Shown in pieces: positions 23,101-36,850 of a DNA stretch of 64,000 nt. Source of the stretch: Antedon mediterranea (Eukaryota > Animalia > Echinodermata); NCBI RefSeq assembly GCF_964355755.1, contig NC_092680.1:19601045-19665044 (forward strand). Direction: 5' to 3'. The first letter of the stretch is position 1, and the number at the start of each line of letters is the position of its first letter. Position numbers and translations under genes: made by a program. Under the pieces are notes generated by a model. The model had not been told where the DNA came from and made no database searches. It saw only the letters and a program-made list of their open reading frames with translations.

Positions 23101-26100
23101 CATTATTTTTGTCACATAAAGTTTGATAGTGTAGACAAGGCTTTACAGCTGAATATGAATCTACAAAATCAGTTAATAAAGAACAGTTCCTTACCTGAGG
23201 GTTCCTTAGATTGTCCTGAGAAAACAAATGGAGCTGGAGCACTTGACGTTTGTGCTGCTGCCCCAAATTGAAAAGCAACACCGGCGTTAGGTTTACTTAA
23301 ATCATTGTTGTTGACAGTAACATTTCCAGTTAGTTTATTGCCACCAAATACTGATCCCGTATCCTTAGCATCTACATGGTTCTTTGAACCGAATGAAAAT
23401 CCTGTACTTGCAGGTTTTGCAGCGAGTTGGAATGCCGATGAAGAAGCCTCTTTTGCAGCGCTCTTTTCTGAATTACTTCCGAATTGAAAGCCATCCGTTT
23501 TAGCAAGACTATTTGTATCATTACTTTTAGCACCAAAAACAAATGTACTAACGTTGCTACTGTCCGATTTTGTAGTAGTGCTGGAAGCAATTCCACTAGA
23601 TATTCCTACGCCAAGTATGTTATTACTAGTTGGTTTCTGTGTCAAGTTCGTTGCTGAACTTTGTCCGAAATTAAAACCGCCACTGACCACTGAAGCCTTT
23701 TCAGATTTTTGTCCAAATGTAAATCCTCCTGCAGACGATTCTGGTTTTTCTGAAGTATTAGACATTCCAAATTGAAAAGTTTCCATTGTGTTTTTTTCTG
23801 AAGAATCTGTGGTGGAAGAAGTCTCGCTAATTGCACTATTTGTCTTTGAATCGCTCTCACCTTTTTTACCAAATGTAAAACCACCTGTGACTGGCTTAGA
23901 TTGTTCACTTTTACTTCCAAAGATAAACCCGCTAGTTGACTGTGGTGCTGTATCACCAGCGACTGGCTTAGATTGTTCACTTTTACTTCCAAAGGTAAAC
24001 CCACTAGTGGACTGTGGTGCTGTACCACCAGCGACTGGTTTAGATTGTTCATTTTTACTACCAAAAGTAAAACCGCTAGTTGACTGTGGTGCTGTATCAC
24101 CAGCGACTGGCTTAGATTGTTCATTTTTACTGCCAAAAGTAAAACCGCTAGTTGACTGTGGTGCTGTATCACCAGCGACTGGCTTAGATTGTTCATTTTT
24201 ACTGCCAAAAGTAAATCCACCGGTGGACCCTGGTGCAGTACCACCAGTCACTGGCTTAGATTGTTCACTTTTACTGCCAAAGGTAAACCCACCAGCGACA
24301 GGCTTCGATTGTTCATTATTACTGCCACCAAAACTAAAACCGCTAGTGGCCTGTGGTGCTGTACTACCTGTTACAGCCTTAGATTGTTCATTATTACTGC
24401 CACCAAAACTAAAACCGCTAGTGGCCTGTGTTGATGTGCCACCAAATTTAAAAGTTGACGATGGTTTGTCTTCAGAAGATTGTGCTGAACTTCCTCCAAA
24501 CTTAAAAACTGATGCTGTTGAACAATAAAAAGGATAATTAGAAATGAAAAACAAGAGTGAAGTCAACTCTACAATACTGGACACACCTTGGGTTGAGTTG
24601 GTCTGGCTTTGGAGAAAGTGGTCTCTAGTGCAATGGGAGGGAATATCGTAAGAAAGTATTCAATACAATTTAATGGAAAAACTTGAAGGTATGTATGTGA
24701 AACGAGTCTCAGTTGTAAATAAGTTTGTAATATGACGACATATTGCAAGCTAGTTTTCTTACCAGGTGGTGCTTTAAGAACAGGCTCACAACCAGGTTGG
24801 CTAGCTCCACAAGCTACACACTTGTTTGAAGATTTGTTATTCTGTATAAGGCATGTATCACACGTCCAGGAACCAGCTGGAGCCTTGAACTTGTCACCAA
24901 AACCAAGCACCGATTTGCTCTCCGTCTAAAAAGAAGGAAACCATTTTGGATGAAGAAAGATTTTGTAAAATGATGGAATATATGATTATAATTTAAAGCT
25001 CTGTCTACACTACCAAAGTTTATGTGACATGATGTGACCATATTTGGGCACATCACACTTTTGTTAGACTTTGCTTTAGTCAAGGTTACTACCTTTGTGT
25101 AGACGGAGCTTAAGTTAAGGTTACTACCACTTTACAATAAAAAAAAAAGTGATGTGCTCATATATGGACATGTCATATTACCAGTTTGATAGTGTAGACA
25201 GAGCTTAAATCAGACTTACTACAGTACAGAAAGAAATTACTGCTTCGTATCTACGCATAGCCTTTCGTCGCCTACGCGTAGGTAGATCATAGGTCATTGT
25301 TTGTAGCTTACGATGTATTGTTCGTAGCTTACGATGTATTGTTTGTAGCCTACGATGTATTGTTCGTAGCCTACGATGTATTGTTCTCTCCTACGATGTA
25401 TTGTTCTTAGCCTACGATGTATTGTTCGTAGCCTAGGATGTATTGTTATGAAATCTAGGCTACGCCTCGATCTTAGGGTGGTTCGTGGGAAGCATGGACA
25501 ATGCAAACAAACAATGTATTGTTTGCTAATTAAAATCCTACCTAAAGATAGTAGACATCAATTTTTGTAGCCGCCCTATGCATCGGTTAATCCTAATTTT
25601 GACGGAAATCCGCCAACGAAACGACATCGGGCCGGTGGACATCAGCTCACGTAGAGAGTTGAGGCTAGCCTGTTCCGGTGGCCTACACTATAAATTATTT
25701 AATCTTACCTTGTTGGGTTAGCGAATTATAAAAACGACACCTGGGCTAGGACAACAACAAAAAATATGCAGAATATATATTCCATATTAAGATTTAACAT
25801 AAATAGGCCTTTTAAAATGATTACGACATGTAAAAGAAAAAGGGCCGACCAGAATTTGAAGGGGAAAAAGCATGTGAGCTGAGCAGTTTAGAGAGTATTA
25901 TGTTTCATGTCATGTGACACAGAATCCAGGTACACGTACTCTCGTACTGAGTAAAAAAAAAACAGGTAAGAGATTGCGGTAAGCAGAGAGTATCGCGTTT
26001 CATGCCATGTGACCAAAAAAACTAGGTCTGTATTAATTACGGTCTTCTGTCGGCATCTTTTTGAGCGACAGATTGAACGTCCTGATGCTATATTTAGAAT

Positions 26101-29100
26101 TAATTGTTTTTACATTCTTTTTTTCTCTGGATCGTTTCTGGATGGACTGGACGTTCGCTATATTATGTTTATTAGTTGGCCTGTTCGTTGCTGCGGTTCA
26201 CCTGTGTTGGATCGTGTCTTTCTCTACGTTATACATCGTGGGAAATTTATATTCGCCGTTGAGTAGGTAAACACGCATGAAGGAAAAGATTACGATTCAA
26301 AAATATTATTTGTTTTTTAGTAATTTACAACTTGGTCCTCCGCCAGTTAAATTTACCACATTAATTTCACACCTTACTTCACCAAGAACATTGTAGGGTT
26401 GTTTATTTAGGTTACGAACTCCCTACGAAGTTCAGAACGTAGGTCATTGAAAGTTGTTTATTGAGGTTACGAAGCCAAACAACTGAACTTACGAAGCCAA
26501 CAACGTAGCCTACGTTCTATCTACGAAGCTACTTCGTAGATAAAGTTGCAGTATTTTCTTTCTGTACTGTATCAACATTTATATAAATTAGATTCACATT
26601 TAATTTAACAATGACCATTTACCTTGCTTCCAGGTTTAGCTGTACCACAAGCTACACACTTAGAATCTGATGATTTATTTTGTATAAGGCAGGTATCACA
26701 TGACCAAGATCCAGGAACAGGCGCAAACTTTTCTGCTAACGATATTTCGTTTTTTTGCACTTCCTAGAAAAAGAAAAGGTTTTACAATAAACTTCTTTAT
26801 CAATTAAATACATGCATTTTGTGCCTTCATGGTTATACTGAAGAACTATCAACAGGTACTGAACAGAACCAAAGGGTAGTTCCATCACACACCCGGAGCT
26901 CAGCTTTGACTGCTCAGTCTCGAACTCCGTAATTCCACATAATTTCTGTGTGGATAGGTTATAAAATCAACTAACTGGTTGTATTTAAGTTTTCTATATC
27001 CCAAATAAAGGTTCACAAAGTACCTTTTAAAATAAATTTTCTAATATTCTACTGTTGCTAGTTATACTACTGTACAAACACATACTTAAAGACTATAGTA
27101 ATCCCATTTCAGACGTGTATCCCCATTGAAATTGCTACAATAGGGTAACAGCTATACCAACTAATAATCCTTTCTTGTATATATATTTATTATCTTATCT
27201 TATTCGAAAAACAACTTGTTGTACTGATCAACTTGTTTGACATGTCTAATCTACAGATAGGAAAACGGACATATTTACTTACGCCTATACTAGACGACTG
27301 GCTGGTTGCACCCGGTTTAGCTGTTGTACATGCAACACATTTTAACGATTCCTTTTTATTGTCTACAAGACAAGTATCGCAAGTCCATGACCCTTGTTGG
27401 GGTTTAAATTTCTCTGCTAAGCTAATTGGTGGTTGAGTAATGTCTGATTTTTGTGGCTTTTTACTGGCACATGCTACACAAGTGTCCCTGTTTGGTTTAT
27501 TGTCCAGTAAACAAGAATTACAATTCCAGGAGCCTGGCTCTGGCTTAAACTTATTCCCAAATCCAATTTGAGATGTACTAGTTCTATGTGGACTTTGTAA
27601 ATGTGTTGAACTGGTTTTACTTGCAACTATAGTTCCTGAATTTGATACACTAATTAATTTGCCAGAGTCTACAACACTGTCTTGTTTCTTTCCAACAGTA
27701 TTGGATTCATTTCTTGCCTGAGATTTGCTTGTCGTGCATGCAATACATTTGTTAGCACTTGGTTTATTATCAAGTAAACAAGTTGAACAAGTCCACGTTC
27801 CTGGTGCCTTTTTGAATCTATCTCCAAATCCAATTATTTTTTTATGGTTATCTGTAACATCGGTACTTGATTTAATCGGAACTGAAAAATCAGAAAATTA
27901 TATTTACACTATGATTACACTGCAACAATTTTACAACTGTGTTTTTTACATTGATTAGAATATAAGAATGCATCTTCTACAATTTCTATTTGTCAGACAG
28001 CTAAAAGGTATACAGACTATGTGGATTTTTATAGTCTAAAATAATATGTAAAAAGATGAACACAAACACAAAAATGAATACAGCGTTATTGTGCTAATAA
28101 GAATACTTAATATGTTCAAAGGAAGTCGTAACAAATAAAAATGTTCTATCAATTAACTTACCAATCCCTAAAACCTCTAAACAACTACCCTTCTTTAATT
28201 CCTTTGCTGGTTTTAAGCCACCGAAACTAGCCTCATCTTCATCATTGTTTGTCTCCTTTCGCTTAAGCGCCGAGGAGGTGGACGGTGAGGAGAATTGCTT
28301 AGGTGATGCTGATGGTGCTAGCTTTGGTGAGCTAAATGTAAATGTCTACAACAAAAAGAAAAAAGTGTGAGATATAACGAAAGACCACCAAAATACTAGA
28401 GATATAGTTTAACCCCTTGTATAGATGTAATAGAAGCTGCAAATGTTAATCAATTTAAAAACCGACTAGAAAGTTTTGGAAACACCACCCACTAAAGTTT
28501 TCCCCATATGATAGAACATGTAATAGAATATACCGGAGGGACACACAAGCATTGCTTTAGATGTCCAAGATCAAGGTAAAATCAAGGTATTTAGGCAACA
28601 CTCTCTTTCCTTTGAATTGAACCAGGGAAAGTACACTATTATCAACCCCTATTCAGGAGACCATGATCAAAGGGACACTTTCTGAATTATACAAATATAG
28701 TGCTACAATACTAGTACAGTACAGTAGTCTATATAAAATCACTTAGTGTAGAACATCATAATCAAATAATTGTGAGAACATTTGTGTCCAAATTATTTCA
28801 AAAATATGTTACTTTCCGAAAGATTAAAACTTGGCAAAATTCAGCCGTTTTAAAGGAGTATTGAAAGTTAACAAATACAGCCACTTGCATGTGGCACAAA
28901 GTATCAACAAAAAGTTAAATCATAAACAAACCTTTGCAACCCCTGTTTCTGCTGCCACAGTAAGACCTTCTTTGAATATAGGTGATGAGAACTGGAATTG
29001 TAGACCTGAAGTGGTCTTTGTTGTAGAAGGTGTGTGCTTAGAAACTTGGGTGCTTGGTAGGGGCGTAGAAGACTTTAATGGTTTGGAAGAAGGTTTTAAG

Positions 29101-32100
29101 AAGTTGAATGAAGGCATCTTTCCCTCTCCAAGAGGTAATGCGATGTTAGGTAGATCAACTTCTTCCAACTTTAAAAATAAATTTAAAAACGTCTTTAATG
29201 ATTTACTCAAAACACCAACAAATCAAAGAGGTTGTCACTTCTATCGTTGGCCATTAGCTCAAGGTGTGGTTTACTCTTTGGCTTTTTGCGCATTTTAAAA
29301 ATAAATTTAAATGTAAACATAGTTGAATAGGTCATTTATAAAACATTAGAAAAGACTATTAGATAACAAAGTTGTATTTGGCTACAAACAAAAGTTATAT
29401 TTGGCTACAACCTCTATCTTCATACAGTCACAAAAGTAAGAAAAACAAAAAATTTAGATATGATTGACCTAATTGTTTAATATGTGGTGTTACCACATGC
29501 ATTTGCTATATCCAAAACAATATAACATCTGTATTTTATAAGCATGTTTTTGTGAATTTGTTAGCAAAAAGTAATATGAAAGTTGGTAAAATCTACTGGT
29601 ATCAGTGGATGAAAAAATTATATAACTTATTTTATAAGTTGAAAAAGTATTAAAACATAAAAAACTAACCATCTCGGTTTCTTCATCTTCTTTGTTGGAT
29701 ACATGTACAGCAGACTTCTTTTTTGTTTTCATCTTACCGCCACTTGACTTGCTAATGGGGGGACTGGCTATAATTTCAGGAACACCAAATCTGAAAAATT
29801 ATATATGCAATTTAGAATATCTAGAAATCTCAGTTTTGAGGATAACATTAGACGTAAAAAACTTTGTTTTCAGGATTTCAATGATTGAATCTTTCTACTT
29901 GTAAAGCTATGTGTACACTATTAAACTTTATGTGACAAAAAATGTGATGTGCCCATATATGGACATATTACTACCATATATGGACATATCACTACCATAT
30001 ATGGGCATATCACTACCATATATGGGCATATCAAACTAGTTTGATAGTGTAGACAGATCTTAAGTAATAAACATACACAATACTTCATACACCGATATAT
30101 TGCACATGTCCTTACTTGGTATTCTGATTTAATTGAAGAAAATAGTGATTGAAAAAAGATTTAAAATGCTATGGTCTTACTTAAACGTTGATTGTACACT
30201 AAACTTGGCAGTGGATGGTGTTGCGCCTTCTGGTTCTTTATTACCAGTTGACACCTTCCTTAGTCTTTCAGGTTCTTCTGGAACTAAGGATGTCTGCCTG
30301 GTGTTTGCAATGCTTACTCGAGTCGGTACTGGCCGTGGAGCTACTGGTGGACCAGGTCTTAGACTTGTTCTAGAGCGTTTTGTTGGCTGCAATAAAAAGA
30401 AGTTGTCACGTTTAATATCAATATCTTTTATCATGATATCATCGGTATAATTCTAAAAATGTTTGTACTGTAATCGTTAAAGCTCTGTCTGCACTATTAA
30501 ACTAGTTTGACAGAAAAAGTGTGATGTGCCCAAATATGGTAGTAAAATGATTTCATCATGTCCATATATGGGCAAATCAACATTTTTTTTGTCACATAAA
30601 GTTTGATAGTGTAGACAAGGCTTTACAGTAAGAGCAGATGAAATGAAGATTGAAGATGTAGGATTAGGGCAAAATTAAAATTTATTGCCATGTACATGTA
30701 AACCATTTATAAATATACCAACCATGTATTTATTCAAGAAAAATGAACAAAACAAAAGTGACTATTTCCACTCACATTGAACACAAGTGGAGAGGCTGTA
30801 GGTGAAAGAGGGATCTTCTTTGCATCCGACAATGGTGTGGACATCTTCTCCAATGTCTCCAGGATCTGTTTGGCAGCTGCGCTTGTGACACCAAAGCCAG
30901 AGTTTATAGAACTACTAGCCTGTCTCGGTTTTAATCTTCTCTTGATTGGATGATACACCTATAAAATAACATGATTACATTGAAGTATGTACAGCAACAA
31001 TCATTGTGTGTTATATTATTATTCTGTAAATATTGACACTGCTTGTTCTTGTTTGTTTTATTGCAATACATTACAGATAAAACTAGTCTGATAATACAAA
31101 TAATTTGTTATAGTACTGTACAGTTGGCCTGGACATAAAATTTGGGGATTATGTAATACTCGGACTGCAACAATAGATTTAAGTCTTGGGTCAAAATAGC
31201 AAGGGGGTGGGATTATACCTCGAGCATGGGATTATCCTTGAATATGGTATTCATTTTATGTGTTTAATTTCAATTACTTCATATCCTTTTATTATGATGT
31301 TTATAAAATGTATTTGGCAATGAATAATAAAGATGATAAATTAAAATATGATTGCAAGGAAAAAAATTGGTTTGAACTAAAATTTATATTTAATTAAAAC
31401 AAAAATATTCTGATGTGAACCAACTAAGGTAATAGTTTATTGCATTTGCACTTTAATTCCATCTAATATTAAAATAACAATACCTGGTATGGCGAATTAC
31501 TACTTGGTTTAATGGACGGCGTTGATCTTTGTGCCGATGCTCCACCATAGGTAGTCCTGCCCGGGTAAAAAGGTGAAGCAAACGGTCCAACAGGACTCTC
31601 ACGACCCTGGAAGAAAAGTAGGTCGGGTTAAATTATAATAAAATAATGCATAGAATCGAATGTCTGTAATCAGAGAGGGTTTAATATTCACAGTCAGTTA
31701 ATGCTAACTAAAATGTTATCAAATTAGCAGAACTTATATTAAACTTTTACATTTCAGATTTTAACAACTGGATACTACTATTATACTAATTATGCGTATA
31801 AAACCATGTTTAATAATATCCCAACAATAATTGTGATTAGAAGCCAGAAAGCAATTTTATTGTAAATATTCCAATAACGTTATGCTATTATTATTACCCA
31901 TTACATCTGTATTGTTTATGTAAATGCGATTGCAAATGAAAAAACAAAATTAATAACATTCCAATACCCTGACAAAATAAATTAATCATAGTGAATTATA
32001 TTATATCATAATTTTACACTAATATATAAAGAAACAAAATAGAGTTTATAAATAATTACAGTGCATAATTTACATTAATTTAATTATTTGCACTTACAGT

Positions 32101-35100
32101 TATAGGAGACCCAAAATAACTAGCATTAAATGAGGGCCTTTGCATGTTCTTGCTGGGTTGCTGAGGTCTTGAAGCTGTTCGAGGTGTAACAGTTTCAGCT
32201 GTGCGTGTCCACGTTCTTGCAGATGTTCTCTCTACATAAAATTAAATTACAAAAATACAGTACAATATAAGAGGCTATAGACAAGGATGGGTACCAAATC
32301 TACAAGGACTGTATGTTTTAATTAAGAATTACAATGGAAAAAAAGCTAAGGGCAAGTGCCTAATGACAATGAACAGCATATTAGGGTATGGTGAAAAGAA
32401 CAATTGTCATTAAAAAAAAGTTCCATTGTCTACAAAATTAAGCTCACTAATATAAAACAATAAAATGAATGAGGGAGGGGATGGAAAGGAGGAAAAGACG
32501 AGAAAACATATCACAAAACATTTTTAATATGCCGAGTCATAGGTCTATATCAGTATGTAATACAACATTATCATCACATATTAATGTACCACATACATAT
32601 CATGCTTGAACGAGCATATGATCACCACTCCTTATATCCATAAGGGTCGAAGGTGGTGATATGATATTCATGACATTAACCTGAATGTAAACTACATGTT
32701 AATATATCAATTTCACTGTCACTTAATGTAAATATTTAATTAAACATTTCAAATACAAAATGTATGTCATAGACTACCATATACATTTAATAATCTAAAT
32801 AGCAATATGATATTTTTAATGACAGGCTTGGTTATTTTAAAAGGAAGATTATGTGTTCAGTTCTTGAACAGCCTGCATAACCTGTTTGATTATATACATT
32901 TTAAATTGAAATTTTTTATGGCATGCTTATCTATGTTTATATTTGTATTTTTATAAAAAAAAAGTATAAAAAGGTAATTTAAACACATTAAAATATCCTG
33001 AAATCTCATCTGCCCAGATTAAAAAAAAAACCACTCAAAAATAATGAATAAATTATTGCAAAATTGCCATGTTTATATTTTTTTTTAGTAAAGTTACACG
33101 TCTTGCAGATTCTCACAAATTAACAATGAAGCAATTAATGAAAACATTTTCATTTCGTTGAAGAAAAAAAAATTGTGAAAAATAAAAATCAACATACCGT
33201 CTGTTTTATTCAAATTGCTTGCGGACACCTTAATTTGATAATCAGTGTTATCCACTTGAGGTATCATGGACACACTGCTTGTAGTCATGGATACATCAGA
33301 TACATCATCTGCACATAATAAAACAAGAGATACAAACATTTACGTCAGCAACGATAAAACGTTACTACTGTATCAAAACAAGCATTATAAAATATTATCA
33401 TTTTTATGGCCTGTTTCCAGCATGAAATAAGCGACTAATAATTTTTTTTTATACAAATTACTGATTATTTTTGCCGAGTAGTAATGGGCCAAGATTAAAA
33501 CATGTTCTAAAATAAAAAGCATTTAAAATTGAGTGTTTGAATGCCATTAACATTGTTGTGCAGTGTTTTTATTAAATTTGTTTTATGTAGTAGCCTTAAA
33601 AGATCATGAACACAACAGGTTTGTTCTGACAAAAGGTCAATTGACTTTTGCCATTCACATCCCTGAGTTTAATTATGTCCATTTTTGTATGGCTAATTAC
33701 ACAGGATTTGTCTTTATGGATACTGCACAGTAAAAAGGAAGATATTTTCTTTTAACATCTGTCTTTCCCTGAAGAAATTTCATTTTTAAAAGTCCCAATT
33801 TATATTTTATTTCCGACATTAAAAATATATTACAGTTTTCATTTAATTTATTATTATACCCATCAACACACACTGCATGGTTTGAAATTGTAGGCGTTAA
33901 AATACAATACAGATAAGATACAGAAATAGGAAAAAAAATTAAAATTCAAAGTTAAATGTTATTATTTTTTTACATCCACGCCTTAAACTTCCTCAACCCA
34001 AATGGATAGCGGTTTTGTATCGTTTCTAAGTAACAGTACTGTAAATGGTCACTTTTTAAAAATAACAATGTCTGAATATTTGTGACTTTAAGATGAATGT
34101 AAAGTTTTGAGTTCGTCTTGTACATACTGTAGTCATGGGATACTAAGTTCAAATATTAATTATACACTATACCTTTAAATTTATTTAAATCATTAACTGG
34201 TGTTGAAGTTCCAAGTGGTTGTTGGGATGAAAATGGTGTCACCTTCCTTTCCTGCCTCTGTGTCGTTACAGCAACAGCATCCACATCAGAATCAACCTCA
34301 ATTTGTTCTTCGTCAATTTCATCGGTCACTCTCTGTGCGGATGTCACTACATTTCTTGCCGAAGCTGCTTTCTTTTCTGGCTTTGATGACGTCCAGTAAC
34401 CAGTCAGCCATGAAGGTGTCACAAAACCAAGTAGGGAATTAGACACTCGTTTTAATAGCGACTGCCAGAAAAAAAAATAAAGAAACTATTCTGCAATCAT
34501 CTATGCTGCTATACAAACAGATATTGTAATGTTAGGATAGAGAAACGCTAAATCTAATAGGCCTACAGTAGGCTACTTCCCTAAATAAAATAATTTAATA
34601 AAATATTATTTATAATAAATATTAATTACATACATTTCATTTACAGTTAGCAAGCAGACAATTATTTACCTTTCATATGTTGAATAGTAATAGTAAAAAT
34701 GTAATGGAAGGTTGGAACCTTTTGTAATATTTTATACATATACACATAATAGTTTAAAAATTGTCTATAAGTTCAAAAACTACATATTTTAATTGATAGT
34801 TTTATATGTTACATAAAAAAAATCTAATTTGATTAGTGATCCTGGGTTCTTTCTGCCGAAAGATCTACAACATAATATAATATTAACAAGGCATGCTGTC
34901 GGGATATGACCGGTTGGGCCGCCGGCAAGTTGAGCCGCCGGTGATTTCTATGAAACGCCCAGTGCATGTCTTTTACGACATTTCGTGTAGTGATTATATA
35001 TGGTGTCCTAGTACATAAGTTCATGGTCTTGGTTTATTGTGTCATGAAAATAAATAATATATAATTACATATTACAATTAACAACACAGCAAAGGAAAGT

Positions 35101-36317
35101 AGTAATATTTATTAGTAATTGGTTTTAATCTTTCCAGGAAAAAATTCAGTGCACAGCCACTCATAATTTTTCTCGCGTGTAGGCCTACCACGTAAAGTCA
35201 CGTTGTCTCTCAGGACTAATTAATAGAGTTTTAACATTCTTCGAATGAGGTTAAATAAATATTATTTTTTATTTACTTATCTTTTAATATCATATTTTAT
35301 TGAATTTTACAATGTTAATACACAAAATATTTTACTAAAAAACGTGATTTTATGTAATTATTTTACCGAAAAATGGAGTAAGCCTAGTTCATACAACTGC
35401 CGACTGAGGGGCAACATGTTTACGTCATTTTTGGCTAAAAACGATCACTTTCGGTGATGTTTTATATTTTGGAATCTACAAGCCAGATTTTTATAATTAT
35501 TTCTTTAATTATAATATTTAATAATATATATACTAAAAACCAAGATATATAAACTTTTGAATGTACATCCTTATCCCTAATATAAATAGAACAAGCACTG
35601 GCGAAAGTTAGCATTTGGCGTTCCATAAAAAATAACGTTTTTCTGGTGGCGGCTCAACTTGTCGGCGGCTCAACTTGGCCTAATCCATGCTGTCGACTTT
35701 ACTGAAAGAAAACAATACACTAGCCTATATGCATGGTTGACTACAAACTATGAAGATAGGAAACACTGAATTTAATGCAGCACTATCATTAAATCGTGCA
35801 CATAGAAGATACTCTTTACATGCACGGTCGACTGTCAATAGAAAACTTTAAATTACATTCACGGTTAAATAATAGGAAGTGCCTAATATTTCATCCAAAC
35901 CATGCCATTTGATTACAATACAAGCCTAGGCTAGACGTTTCGTTAAAAAACATCATACCATGTGCGCGGATTGACGAACAAAATTACACAAACACAAAAC
36001 AAACAAAAAATATTTGTTTTTTTTAAAAACAATCTGTTGTTTTATTAATTAACAATTTTTTATTTGTCTGTTTTAAATCTTAAACATTAAAAACAAATTA
36101 AACTGCAATAATCATTTACATAATTCAACTTCATTATTCATCTAATTCTAGGCACATCAACCCATTCTACACGCCTTACCTGATTCGTATCAGCGCCACT
36201 GCGGTGACCTGATGATGAACCTGCTTCCCGCGTGCTCGATGCATTCGCCCTCGAGTACGGCTTAGCTGTTAATCGAGTGCGTTTTCGTTGAATTTTTCCA
36301 CCACCTTTACTATCCAT
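20161..36317 (-). CDS. NUP153: Nuclear pore complex protein Nup153 (about 19 coding exons)
   Basis: Starts MDSKGGGKIQRKRTRLTAKPYSR (exon 36180-36317). Conserved motifs are VTPSWL (34173-34461), SPFYPGRTTYGGA (about 31484-31607), VTSAAAKQILETLEKMSTPLSDAKKIP (about 30776-30958) and GGKMK (about 29670-29790). Five RanBP2 zinc fingers (27282-27881, 26623-26763, 24763-24925) precede FxFG-rich exons (23195-24514, 22293-22496, 21553-21877, 20893-21121). The basic C-terminus is GRKIKKAQRRIKKT* (20161-20260). Confidence 0.95.
20476..20755 (-). mobile_element. LINE-like 3' end fragment inserted inside a MITE-A copy
   Basis: Splits MITE-A 20415-20840. The minus strand ends AATAAAACAAACAAACAAACAA, and ATGGT occurs on both sides. 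Confidence 0.55.
22005..22182. repeat. About 22-bp minisatellite (CCCACCCTCAGTATGGGACACA) x8
   Basis: Directly visible tandem units in a NUP153 intron. Confidence 0.85.
23870..24430 (-). repeat. Coding 72-nt FG repeat in NUP153 (GSKNEQSKPVAGDTAPQSTSGFTF)
   Basis: Near-identical 24-aa units in ORF 23169-24584, plus shorter variants. Confidence 0.9.
25222..26569. mobile_element. 1.35-kb non-autonomous TIR element with TA flanks and subterminal repeats
   Basis: TA|CAGTACAGAAAGAAATTACTGC ... GCAGTATTTTCTTTCTGTACTG|TA. There are 21-bp repeats CCTACGATGTATTGTTCGTAG at about 25305-25445 and TACGAAG repeats at the other end. No transposase ORF. Confidence 0.8.
34902..35686. mobile_element. 785-bp non-autonomous element with a 9-bp TSD (MULE/Mutator- or Merlin-like)
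   Basis: TSD ATGCTGTCG at 34893-34901 and 35687-35695. Imperfect TIRs begin GGAT and contain repeated CAAGTTGAGCCGCC. Confidence 0.8.
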
Positions 36318-36850
36318 AGTAGCAGAAATATTCACTCCACGTCACAATTATATCGACGTGGAATGAAATGTTTATAAAAACTAATATTTTATGATCAGAA
36401 CCAACCCAGTAGTTTGTGAATTTCTGTCAATATGGCGGCCTTTCTAAGCTGAAGTTGATTGGTCAAAAATCACGTGTTTCCTTCCGATATACAGGCTTTG
36501 AACATACATCTATATTTTGGTGCATTCTTTTCTTGATTATGTCTCTAAAAATACATTTTTGTAAAACAAATATTTTACAATCATTACATTTTATTATTTT
36601 AAAGAAAACATACTATTAAATTTATTAAAATGTTCTATATTTTATTTTAGAAAATACGAATAAATTAAAGGTCAAGCTGTAATCTAGTTCGTGAAAAATT
36701 GTACGGCGCCATTTCGAAAATAATGAATCAAGTTCCACGGGGTGGTTTATTACACATTTCCTGAGTTTTTGCTAGCCTTCTCTAGCCTAGGGTAGGCCTA
36801 GAACAAAAATATTAGCATTACAGATTGCAGATCAGTGAATAATCAGGTTG
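36318..36850. promoter_or_regulatory. Bidirectional promoter between NUP153 and CSE1L, including a probable non-coding CSE1L exon 1
   Basis: Mirror-image YY1-like sites ATGGCGGC (36432) and GCGCCATTT (36706), a CCAAT box (GATTGG 36457) and an E-box CACGTG (36471). A donor GTGAGT near 36850 and acceptor CATTGCAG at 37953 lie just before the CSE1L ATG. Confidence 0.6.

Noticed and set aside
23642-24528. Overlapping 200-246 aa ORFs
   Set aside because: They are alternate-frame or antisense products of the NUP153 FG repeat exon.
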